Assembly: GCA_000004985.1 (NCBI GenBank)
Contig: GG738852.1
DNA: 64,000 nt
Strand: one strand, 5' to 3'
From: Naegleria gruberi
Taxonomy: Eukaryota
A program made the position numbers and the translations under genes. Below are positions 11,155 to 22,000 of the stretch, piece after piece. Every line of letters begins with the position of its first letter. Position 1 is the stretch's first letter. A model generated the notes under the pieces. The model had not been told where the DNA came from, did no database searches, and was given only the letters and a program-made list of their open reading frames with translations.

Positions 11155-12270
11155 AGACCTCATCCAGCTTCTGAAGTTGAAATGTGTAAATTCCATGCGG
11201 ATGAATATGTTGAATTCTTGAAAAGAGTTACACCTGATAATATGCATGATTTCCAAAAACAATTACAAGCTTTTAATGTTGGTGAAGATTGTCCAGTATT
11301 TGATGGTCTTTTTGAATTTTGCAAACTTTCTGCAGGTGGTAGTATTGGAGCAGCAGTAAAATTAAACCATGAACAATCAGATATTGCCATCAACTGGGCT
11401 GGTGGTTTGCACCACGCTAAGAAGAATGAAGCCAGTGGCTTTTGTTACATTAATGATATTGTATTGGCTATTTTGGAATTACTTAAATATCATGCACGTG
11501 TTCTTTATATTGATATTGACATTCACCATGGTGATGGTGTTGAGGAAGCTTTTTATACCACAGATCGTGTAATGACAGTTTCTTTCCACAAATTTGGAGA
11601 ACAATATTTCCCAGGAACAGGTGATATCAAGGACATTGGTGCTGGTGCTGGAAAGTATTATGCACTCAACTTCCCACTTAAGGATGGTATTGATGATGAG
11701 AGCTATCTTTCAATTTTCAAACCTGTTATTGAAAAGGTTATGCAAGTTTTTAGACCAGGTGCTGTTGTTCTTCAATGTGGTGCTGATTCTTTAACTGGTG
11801 ATAGATTGGGTTGTTTTAACTTGACAACCAAAGGACATGCTGCTTGTGTAGACTTTGTCAAAACATTTGGCTTACCTCTTCTTGTTTTAGGTGGTGGTGG
11901 TTATACTGTTCGTAACGTTGCTAGATGTTGGACATATGAAACCTCAGTTCTTCTAGGTATTGACATTGAAAGTGAAATGCCATATAATGACTACTTTGAA
12001 TATTTTGGCCCAGATTATAATTTACATCTTCAACCTTCAAACATGGAAAATATGAATTCTCTAGAGTATTTAGAAAAGTATAAGAATATTATTTTGGATA
12101 ATTTGAATCATATCAAAGGAGCACCTTCGGTGCAGATGCAAGAAGTTCCACCTGACACTTATTATGTCAGTGAAGATGAGGATGATGTTGATCCTGATGA
12201 TCGTTTGTCACAAAAGGTTCTTGATAGACATAGAGCTCGTTCTAATGATTTTTATGATGATGACTTGTAA
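11155..12270 (+). CDS. class I histone deacetylase, exon 2
   Basis: Acceptor tgatcag at 11148-11154. [23 protein letters not shown]. Catalytic HHGDG and [16 protein letters not shown] motifs. Acidic tail. Intron is 49 nt. Confidence 0.85.
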   Translation, partial: RPHPASEVEMCKFHADEYVEFLKRVTPDNMHDFQKQLQAFNVGEDCPVFDGLFEFCKLSAGGSIGAAVKLNHEQSDIAINWAGGLHHAKKNEASGFCYINDIVLAILELLKYHARVLYIDIDIHHGDGVEEAFYTTDRVMTVSFHKFGEQYFPGTGDIKDIGAGAGKYYALNFPLKDGIDDESYLSIFKPVIEKVMQVFRPGAVVLQCGADSLTGDRLGCFNLTTKGHAACVDFVKTFGLPLLVLGGGGYTVRNVARCWTYETSVLLGIDIESEMPYNDYFEYFGPDYNLHLQPSNMENMNSLEYLEKYKNIILDNLNHIKGAPSVQMQEVPPDTYYVSEDEDDVDPDDRLSQKVLDRHRARSNDFYDDDL

Positions 12271-12327
12271 TCTAATTTAATAACTCTTGTAAATTTAAAT
12301 ATAATTCTTTATTCACACAAATAAAAA

Positions 12328-12963
12328 ATGACCTTTTCCAATAACCTAATCATTCACGTTCATTATGATCACCAACAACAATACCAGAACAATAATCATT
12401 CTTTTCAAGAAGAAGAAATTAAACAATCGGAATCTATTCCATATCATGCAATTTTAACTTTTAATGGAAAACAATATAAATGTAGTGTTGGAAGAAATGG
12501 AATCAATCAAAAGGTTGGTGAGGGCGATGGAATTACACCCATTGGAGAATATTCATTGAGAATGGCCTTTTACAGATCAGATAGGGTTGATCCATCAATT
12601 ATTTCAAAAATTAAAGGAATTCCTCTTATTGAATTGAAAGAAAATTATGGTTGGTGTGATGATATGTTAGATTCACTGCATTACAATAGATTAATACAGC
12701 TTCCTGTATTGGAAGGATTATCGAGTGAAAAATTGTGGAGACAAGATCATTTGTATGACCTTTTTGCAGTAATAGGTTATAATGATAATCCAATTCAATT
12801 AGGAAAGGGAAGTGCAATCTTTTTCCACATTGCATCTGAAAATTATGGACCAACTTCAGGATGTGTTGCCATGCAGAGGGATGATTTAATTGAAGTATTT
12901 TCTAAATTGACTGCCTTTACCATTTTGAAAATTTCACAATCCTCTTATCCTTATCTGAAATAA
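12328..12963 (+). CDS. L,D-transpeptidase (YkuD/ErfK-family) domain protein, intronless, bacterial-type
   Basis: ATG at 12328 in ataaaaaATGa context. ITPIGEYSL and FFHIASENYGPTSGCVAMQRDDLIEVF match the YkuD His ... Ser-x-Gly-Cys-(V/I)-(R/A)-M catalytic signature. Confidence 0.6.
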   Translation: MTFSNNLIIHVHYDHQQQYQNNNHSFQEEEIKQSESIPYHAILTFNGKQYKCSVGRNGINQKVGEGDGITPIGEYSLRMAFYRSDRVDPSIISKIKGIPLIELKENYGWCDDMLDSLHYNRLIQLPVLEGLSSEKLWRQDHLYDLFAVIGYNDNPIQLGKGSAIFFHIASENYGPTSGCVAMQRDDLIEVFSKLTAFTILKISQSSYPYLK

Positions 12964-13008
12964 ATTTCAACTTGTTTAAATAAAATTTAGTTTTTAATAA
13001 ATTACATT

Positions 13009-13916
13009 TTAATCTTGATATTGCTTTTGAACAACTTGGGAATCACCATGTTTCAAAAGTTCAACATCACCTTCCACCATTCCTCTAACTAATTCATCAA
13101 AGCTGACATTTCTCTTCCATCCTAATTCAGTTTCAGCCTTGGTTGGGTCACCAATCAAGAGTTCAACTTCAGTTGGTCTAAAGTAACGTGGGTCAACCTT
13201 AACTCTGACAACACCATCAACAACACCATGTTCATCAACAGTACCTGGAGTACCCTTCCATTCAACCTTCTTACCGAGAACAGCAAATGATTTTTCAACA
13301 AATTCTCTAACTTTGTGTTTTTCACCAGTGGCAACACAATAATCGGCTGGCTTTTCTTGTTGGAGCATCAACCACATGGCTTCAACATAGTCCTTAGCAT
13401 GTCCCCAATCTCTTTCAGCATCCAAATTACCCAAATACAAGCAATCTTGCAATCCGAGATGAATACGAGCAACAGCCATAGTAATCTTTCTTGTAACAAA
13501 GGTTGGACCACGACGAATACTTTCATGATTGAAAAGAATTCCGTTCAAAGCAAACATATTGTAAGCTTCTCTATAGTTGATAACAATCCAATAACTGTAC
13601 AACTTGGCGCAAGCATATGGAGAACGTGGATAGAATGGAGTGGTTTCTTTTTGTGGAATTTCTTGAACTAAACCATACAATTCACTAGTACTAGCTTGAT
13701 AGAATCTAGTCTTCTTTTCCAATCCACAAGCACGAATGGCTTCCAAAATACGCAAAGTACCAATACCATCAACATTGGCAGTGTATTCAGGCATTTCAAA
13801 ACTGACTTTAACATGGGATTGAGCACCCAAGTTGTAGATTTCATCTGGTCTAATCTTGGAAATGATGGAAATCAAGTTTCCGGTATCAGTCAAGTCACCA
13901 TATAAAAGTTTGAATT
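13009..13916 (-). CDS. GDP-mannose 4,6-dehydratase, exon 2
   Basis: [54 protein letters not shown] and ASTSELYG...[12 protein letters not shown] are near-identical to human GMD. Acceptor aatcag ends at 13917. Confidence 0.85.
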
Positions 13917-14028
13917 CTGATTAATTATTATTATTAATCAAATAAATTAAATCATCAAAAAAGATCAAAATAATTATCATCACAAAGGATTAAAATTGTT
14001 AGCGTGAATCACGACAAAAATTACTTAC

Positions 14029-14311
14029 TAGCCTTGGTGATGTGAATATCCTTATACAAATGTTCAACTCTACCAGTGTTGAATGATGAAGAACGTCTAA
14101 TCATACCATAGACAGTATATCCCTTTTCTAACAAGAGTTCAGCCAAGTAGGATCCATCTTGACCAGTTACACCAGTAATCAAGGCAACTTTAGAGTCGTG
14201 TTCTTGGATTGGAATTTGGGTAATGTCGACTGGTGTTGGTTCGCTCATTTTTTTATTGTCAGTGCTTCTGTTGTTTTCCAACAGTGTCGAAAAAACATCA
14301 ACGGTAACCAT
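14029..14311 (-). CDS. GDP-mannose 4,6-dehydratase, exon 1
   Basis: Rossmann motif [24 protein letters not shown]. Donor gtaagt at 14028-14023, phase 1. Intron 13917-14028 is 112 nt. ATG at 14311. An alternative A-rich-context ATG at 14248 gives MSEPTPV. Confidence 0.8.
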
Positions 14312-14767
14312 ACAAAATATTCACAGAAGAAAATAAGGAATGGAAGTGGAAGTTGTTTACGATACATGGTTTGTATTAGGAACAATGAAGAGGTTGGTCA
14401 ATTGGTTTAATAATTTTGAATATTGTTGAGAAGAATCTTTGTCATTTTCTCATTCTCGGTAAATTTCCCTATTTATTTGTTTTCTCGTTAAGAATATTGT
14501 CAAAGATTAGGCGAAGTTTAATATTACACAAGAGTGGTAAAATTCAAGGTCAGACAATAAAGCGTTTCTTGATCACTGCTTATGCTACATTTCTTAGATG
14601 TCCTTAACTTTTGATTCATCATATTAGCTGTTGAACCTAACCATCCGGCCTTTTCCTGTTCTCATATTTTTTGAACAGCAAAATTGCGGTTTTTAAAATT
14701 TATTAAATATTTAATACGTGTGTGCTGGAATAATTCCTAGAAGTTAAATAAATCTGGATTTTATTGC

Positions 14768-15904
14768 TTATTTCTGATATAATGATCTGGAATTTGGAAT
14801 GTAGAAATAATCGAAAAAGTAAACCTTATGTGTTAAATCCAAAGCTCCATTCAAAAATGTAATTATATGATCATCAGAGGTACTTGTCTTTGAATCGAAT
14901 GGCTGTTCAATATTGAACAATTTTTGCTGATATTCTTCTTCAGCCTTCAATTCCTTAATGCTCTTTCTAACAAAATTCTGGTCGTCGTGCACATGGCCAA
15001 ATACAGAAATATTTGGCTTAACTCTATGAATTAATTGATTTTTCAACCAATAATCTCCCCAATGCTCATAATAGTCATGAATATTTCCACAAACTTTACA
15101 AACTTGTTTTGGATTTTCATTATTCTTTACCCAAGCTAAATCCAGAATGTTGAAAGGTGGAGTATGACTCAGGACAATATCAGAATCACTGTCAATCTCC
15201 TTCCAATAAGAATAAGAATTTGATGAGTGAAAGGCCATTCCCTGAGAGGTAATTGGTGATCCATAAATCTTAATACTCGAATCTAAAATTATTGAATTAT
15301 TCTGTAAATAATAATCACAGTTTGGCAGTAATGGATTTTGTCTAGTATTGAAAATTTTCTCAGGGTCCAAATTCTTATTATATTTTGCATCCATTCCATA
15401 ATCATGATTACCTGAAATACAGATTATTGTTTTACAATTTCCACTTATTTTTAGTCTTCCTAGAAAATCATTGAATTGAGAAATTTCATCCAAACTCCCC
15501 CTATTTGAAAAGTCTCCACAACATAAAATTACATCTCCATTGGGTATTTTGGGGAAGAGAGCTTCTCCTTTTGAATGAATATCAGATAGTACAACAAATC
15601 TTTTAACATTATATTCTTGGTTGGTGTCATTAATAATTGGCATGTTCATTTCTTTCAATCCCTGCAACAATTGATCCCTAATCTTGATGATAACATCCTT
15701 ATCTTTATTAGTATCCTTTCCTAACAAATATTGATGAATGTACCAATTAATAAACTTTAAGTTCACCTGTATAGGTACAAAGTTTGGTTTATGATAGGCA
15801 ATTTCCTTCTCCGAGGAAAAATAGCTTCCCTGATGTAATCTCTCTTTAATGAAGAGAGAAATTAATTGTTCACAGTGTTGTTTTAGTGGTAGATTTTGAG
15901 ACAT
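14768..15904 (-). CDS. metallophosphoesterase (calcineurin-like phosphoesterase) family protein
   Basis: ATG at 15904-15902. Motifs CCGDFSNRG (GDxxxRG), ISGNHDYG (GNHD) and VFGHVHDDQ (GHxH). Confidence 0.7.
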   Translation of the reverse strand: MSQNLPLKQHCEQLISLFIKERLHQGSYFSSEKEIAYHKPNFVPIQVNLKFINWYIHQYLLGKDTNKDKDVIIKIRDQLLQGLKEMNMPIINDTNQEYNVKRFVVLSDIHSKGEALFPKIPNGDVILCCGDFSNRGSLDEISQFNDFLGRLKISGNCKTIICISGNHDYGMDAKYNKNLDPEKIFNTRQNPLLPNCDYYLQNNSIILDSSIKIYGSPITSQGMAFHSSNSYSYWKEIDSDSDIVLSHTPPFNILDLAWVKNNENPKQVCKVCGNIHDYYEHWGDYWLKNQLIHRVKPNISVFGHVHDDQNFVRKSIKELKAEEEYQQKLFNIEQPFDSKTSTSDDHIITFLNGALDLTHKVYFFDYFYIPNSRSLYQK

Positions 15905-16089
15905 TTTTTAATTGCTTTTTTGCTGATCTATCAAGTTCCTTATCCCTATCTCTCCATGTTCAAATTGTTCAATATCTTAGAAAAATATCCAGAGAATTCC
16001 TGAAGAATCGTTTGCTTGAAGTTCCTATTAACTATCTCTATGCATTATGATTTTTAAAAAACTATTATTTATTATTCTTATTAATTAAT

Positions 16090-19000
16090 TTACAATCTAT
16101 TTGAAGCACCACCACAAGTATTTCTCATAATAATTGATTCAGATGAAACACCTGGACCGAAAGCAACAGCAATAGACCATTCATTATTGAGATATTGTTG
16201 AGTTCTTCTATATAATTCCATTACAAACATAATGGTAACAGAGGACATGTTACCATATCTTGTCATGATATCCCATGAGGCCTTCAAATCTTCACGATTC
16301 ATTGTCAATGCCTTTTCAACTGCATACAAGATTGCCTTACCACCTGGGTGAGCCAAAACATTACAATTTTCCTTCAAAACAATTTCATCCTTGTGTTGAG
16401 ACTTCTTCAACAAGGTATTAATGTAATCCTTGAGTGAGTTGGTAATGATTTGTGGAACTTCAGGTGACAAGCTCAAGTGGAAACCATCATGGAAAACTTT
16501 CCATGTCATGCATTCATCAGTATTTGGAGTAGTGTAAGAGTGAGTATCGAATAATTCATAAACAGGTTTTTCACCCTTTTGAGCTTGTGGTTGAGAACCA
16601 ACAACCATTGAGGCAACACCATCACCAAAGATGGCACTAACAATCTTTTCATCAGTATTATTGGAAATTCTAAAGTGAACAGATGACAATTCAATACAAA
16701 TGACCAAAACTCTATTCTTTGGATTGAGAGAAGTCAAAGCACGAGCAGCCTTCAAAGTAATCAAACCAGCAGCACATCCTGACATGTTGATTGGGAAATA
16801 TTCAACAGCGTGAGACAATCCAAGTCTATCCATAAACTTCAAGTGAATATTTGGAACAGCAATACCAGTTGAGGTACAAGTAATGAGGTGAGTAATTTCC
16901 TTAACATCACCCTTCCATTCATCAATGGCCTTAGAAGCAGCTTGATAAGCCAATTCTGGGGCAACCTTCAAGAAGATATCATTTCTACTTTCAATAGTCT
17001 TCAAATCATTGGTAGAATTCTTGGTAAAATCGAAAGCAACACATCTTTCCTTAATTTCACAGCCCTTGAACAAGTTGTGAATTCTTTCCTTGATCTTTTC
17101 GTCAGCAGTTCCGTAATCCTTCATGATACCTTCGAAGAGTTCTTCTTGAGTCTTTCTTGGAGGATTGGCAACACCAATACCAAGAATGTAAGCATTGCTT
17201 GGGTTCTTCATGTTGGCCTTTCTGGCATGAGCAGCAAATTCCTTAACTGGAACACTTTCAGGAACAACAGTCTTAGTGAGTGGAGTGTTATCAGTGGTGG
17301 TAGTAGTGACTGTTGTGGTAGCAGTAACAACTGGAGTTTGTTGAGCGACAACAGGTTTTGGTTGTTCAGCAACAACTGGTTTTGGTTGAACTGGAGTAGC
17401 AGCAGAGGCAACAGCAGTTGGAGTAGCAGTCTTGGTTTGCTTGGCTGGTTCAGATTTTTTAGAAGTCTTAGATTCCTTCTTTTCAGATGAAGCAGCTCCC
17501 ATCTTGTCCATAATCTTAGCAGCAAGTGACTTGACAGTTGTGTCCTTCTTCAAGATATCAATGGTTGTGATTGAACCACGAGGATACATCTTATCCAACC
17601 AGTTCTTCAATTGAGTAGCCATCAAAGAGTCCATACCGTATTGTCTGAGTGGTTCAGCAATTTCAATAGCTTCTAATGGAATACCCAAAATCTTGGCCAA
17701 TTGAGTGGCAATCATTTGATCGACAGTTAATTGAGAAGTAGAAGCATCCATACCAGCATCTTGAGCAGTTTCAATAAACAATTCACCGAACATCTTCTTC
17801 AAATGCTTAAAGTTATCAGAGTGATCCTTCCAATCAATACAACTGATAATCTTTTGTGGTTGAGCATCAGTTTGTTGAGAAATCAATGCCTTTTCAAGAC
17901 ATTTAACCAAGAGTGGAATTGGCATAGAAATGAAACCTCTTGATCTCAAAATAACCTTAGTTGAGTATTGTCTTGAAACAAAACCATCATCAATGGCACC
18001 AAAGTTAACACTCAATGCTGGTAAATTCTTTGACTTTCTGTAGTGGGCAAGAGCATCCAAAATACAATTGGCAGCAGCATAATTGGATTGTTCCATATTA
18101 CCATTGATAGCAACAAAGCTGGAGAACATGACAAAATATTTGATAGAGTTTTCATTCAAAGTAGCATGGTGAACATTCCAAGCAGAAACAGCCTTAGCTT
18201 GAATGACATTGTTGAACTTGGTTTCAGTCATGTTATTGATGGAACAATCTTCATATACAGTAGCAAGATGGAAAACTGATTCCAATGGTGGCATATTCAA
18301 AGTGGTACGAACTTGAGTAATGATATTTTCAACATTTTGTCTGTTAGAAACATCACATGGCAAAACTTGAATATTCAAAGAAGAGTCAGTCTTGATCAAT
18401 TCTTCAATTCTATCCTTTGATTGACCTTCAGTCAATTTACCACTTCTTGAGAGAATGACTAAATTCTTAACTTGCTTTTGTTCAATGAGCCATAAAACGA
18501 GGGACAAACCAACACCACGAGTACCACCAACAACCAAATGAGTCTTGTCAGAAGAGAAGGTCAATCCACGCATTTCTTCCTTCAATTTTTCATATCTTGG
18601 AATGGAGGTTTCCAAATCTTCATTGGTCATGTTGAGGACAATCTTACCAATGTGCTTGGCATGAGCCATAAAATTGAAAGCATCATGAAGCTTTTCCTTA
18701 TCATAGACAACATATGGCAATGGGAAGAGTCTCTTTTGCTCCATCAAATCCATAACTTCTCTGAACATTTGTTGAACAAGTTCTGGCTTTTCGTCCATCA
18801 TTCTGTCCAAATCAACTGAGGCATAGGTCAAGTTACGATGCATTTGTTGCAAATTGACACAAGTACCATCATAGATATCTCTAATACCAATTTCGACAAA
18901 TCTACCATATGAACCCAATGATTCAAAGTTGGCAGACAACATATCAGTACCAGCCAAAGAGTTCAAAACAACATCACAACCCTTTCCATTAGTGAATTTC

Positions 19001-22000
19001 ATAACATCATCACGGAAACTAGTTGAACGAGAATCAGTAGTGTAATGAACCTTATAGGTTTCATCTTGTTCCAAGAAGGTTCTCTTCTCACCACGACCAG
19101 CTGTACCAATGGTGACGGCACCAAAGTGATTAGCAATTTGAACAGCAGACAACCCAACAGCACCAGCTGCAGAGTGAATCATACAGGTTTCTCCCTTTCT
19201 CAATCTGGCAACATGAACCAAACCATACCATGAAGTCAAGAAGGCAGATGGAATAGTTGAAGCTTGTTCGTAGGACATCCAATCTGGTTTCTTAATAGCG
19301 AGACTTGACTTGACATTGACATAGGATGAGAAACATTTTCTAGCAATACAGACAACCTTATCACCAATCTTAAAGTCAGTAACAGATGGGCCAACTTCAA
19401 CAATGACACCAGAACATTCCAAACCGAATGGTGGATTCCATTTACCACCTCTTCTAAAAGCCTTATCTGGAATTCTACCCAATGAGAACATTAAATCCTT
19501 GAAACTCAAAGCAGAAGCCTTAACTGAAATTCTAACTTCATCAGCTTCAAGTGGAACAAATTCTTCAACTTCATGGAATGACAATTCACTAACTGAACCA
19601 ATTGAGTTGGACTTTAAGGTAACTGGAGCGTTTGGCTTTTGAATCAATGTTGATTTGACAACCTTCAAATACTTCAAGTCACCACAAGCAGCTAAAGCCA
19701 ATTCGTTATATTCCAAATTGTCACAATTTACAAAGAGGTTAGAAATAGTTTGGGAAGCAATGTCCATGTTGATACCTTCAGAGAAATCGAACAAGAAACT
19801 CTTAATGTTTGGATGTTCACTTCTGAAAGTTCTACCAATACCAACAAATTGAGCAGATGATGGAACAGAGTAGGTGAGTTGAGCACCCTTGGTGACAATC
19901 CACAATTTAGTTTCACATGATTCATGGTCAAGTTCAATCTTGATCATTTCCTTAATAATTTGCATCAATCTCCAAGAGTTGGATTCTTGAGTGACTTGAT
20001 TATCTTCAGCAACGTTAGCAACAAACACAATACCAGAAATTTCTTGATTTTGAGCGAGCATGTTAACAGCTTGTTCAGCAGAAACAATTGTAGTAGAAAC
20101 AGCAGACAAGGAAGAGACAACAGCCTTGGTCATGTCAGATTCAGCAACATCAGAGACAACAATCCATTGTTGAGCAACAGATTGTTCTTCTTGTTCGACT
20201 GGAGCAGTCATTTCAGTCAATTCTTCCTTATTGGCGGAAGTCCAAGCAACATCATACATACAATCATTAGAAGTAATGGTAAAGACAGTTGGACAAGATG
20301 CTTGAGTAATAGCTCTACACTTGACGCACAAGAATGAAGCAATTGGAACAATAGAACCTTGCTTGTGGCCATAAATAAAGACGTCACCTTCAAGTTCATA
20401 TTGAGATTGATTAGTCATCTTGCAGTAAACTGAAATACTATCCATGTCTGGGACCAATTGGTTCAAACAAACTTCAGTATTCAAAACACAAGTATCAATT
20501 GAAGATGGAATGTATACGATAGCATCTTCTTCAGCAATAGCGATCAATGATTGCAAACAAGAATCCAAAATACCAACTTCCAAAACAGACTTGTGTCTCT
20601 TAGTATCCAAGAGACTCTTTGGTCCTTCATCGAATTTCTTCTTCAATGACAATTCACTGACACCTTCATTCTTACCAACATAAATCTTATCCAATTGTTG
20701 GAAAACTGGACCATATTCAAGACCCATCTTTCTCAATTTAGAGTAGAGTTCATTCTTTGACATTGAGACTTCCATGCAACGTGGCTTGACTTCATCCAAG
20801 TTTGGATGAGTCTTTAAATTGGTTGGTGGCAACATTCTCAAGAAACACTTATAGTGATCGAGCCAATCTTCCAAACCTCTCTTACTCTTAATTTCAATCA
20901 TTTGACTATTTTGAGTTCCGTGAACTAATGGAGTAACATCAGTTTCAACAATGAAACCACCTGGTGCAGTTTGAGATAAGGATAGAGCACCCTTAAAGTC
21001 ACATCCTTGCAAAATGAATTGCTTTGGAAGTTCCTTTTGTTCAGAGTCCTTTTCATTAGCTCTGATTTGAGCAACAGCAGCGTGGAGAGACATTAAAACA
21101 TAGGAAACACCTGGATAAATGATATCACCTTGAATAACGTGATCCTTCAAGTTAGGGAAGTGATCCAATGAAATTCTATTTTGGAATGTAACACTACCAG
21201 ATCTCAAACTCTTGTGTCCAACCAAATTAGATGGATAACCTCTTCTCCATTCAGCAGCTTGTTCTTCAGTTTGATTCCAAATCATTTGACTTCTATCCCA
21301 TGGGTAGAATGGAACTTTAACCTTATTGAAAAGGTGATTCCAGTTGACATTTTCTCTGAAGGTAACATTGTGAATGAATCCATTGACGAATAAATCTCTA
21401 GCACATTGGAGCATAGTTTCTTGTTCATCAACGAAACGCTTCAAAGTAAAGTAACACTTGGTATCTTCAATACCCAATTCAGAAGCACATTCCTTAATGG
21501 AAGCAGCAAGAACTGGATGAGGACTCAACTCAACAAATCCTCTGTAACCTTGTTTTAACAAATCAGTAATTGGATCAGCAAAGAGAACAGCTTGTCTAAC
21601 ATTACCCCACAAATAGTGTTCATCCATATTTTCAACAGTGGTATCATACAATTTACCAGTAACAGTAGAGTAGAGTGGAATGAGGGTTGGTTTACCACGG
21701 CTGACTGGTGAGAAATTCTTCAAAGCATTCAACATTTCTTCCTTAATTGGTTCTTGATATTGAGAGTGGAATGCACAATAACCTCTCAACTTTCTACAAA
21801 AGACTCCCTTACCCTTGGAAATATCTTGTTCCAACTTGTTAATGAGTTGAGGAGAACCAGCCAAAGTACATGATCCAGGACCATTGATAGCAGCAACAAC
21901 AACAGCAGAACGATCTTCACCACTCAAATATTCATCCAAGTAGAGTTCACATTGAGCTGGAGAGACACCAACAGCCAACATGTTACCAGATCCACAGGTC

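Noticed and set aside
16089-16092. Possible frameshift at the PKS 3' end. Line-label coordinates put the stop at 16089-16091, while the ORF track implies 16090-16092.
   Set aside because: The ORF track reports one continuous 2671-codon frame. A 1-nt display or line-length glitch somewhere in 16.1-24.1 kb is more likely than a real lesion, and nothing disagreed at either end when checked locally.
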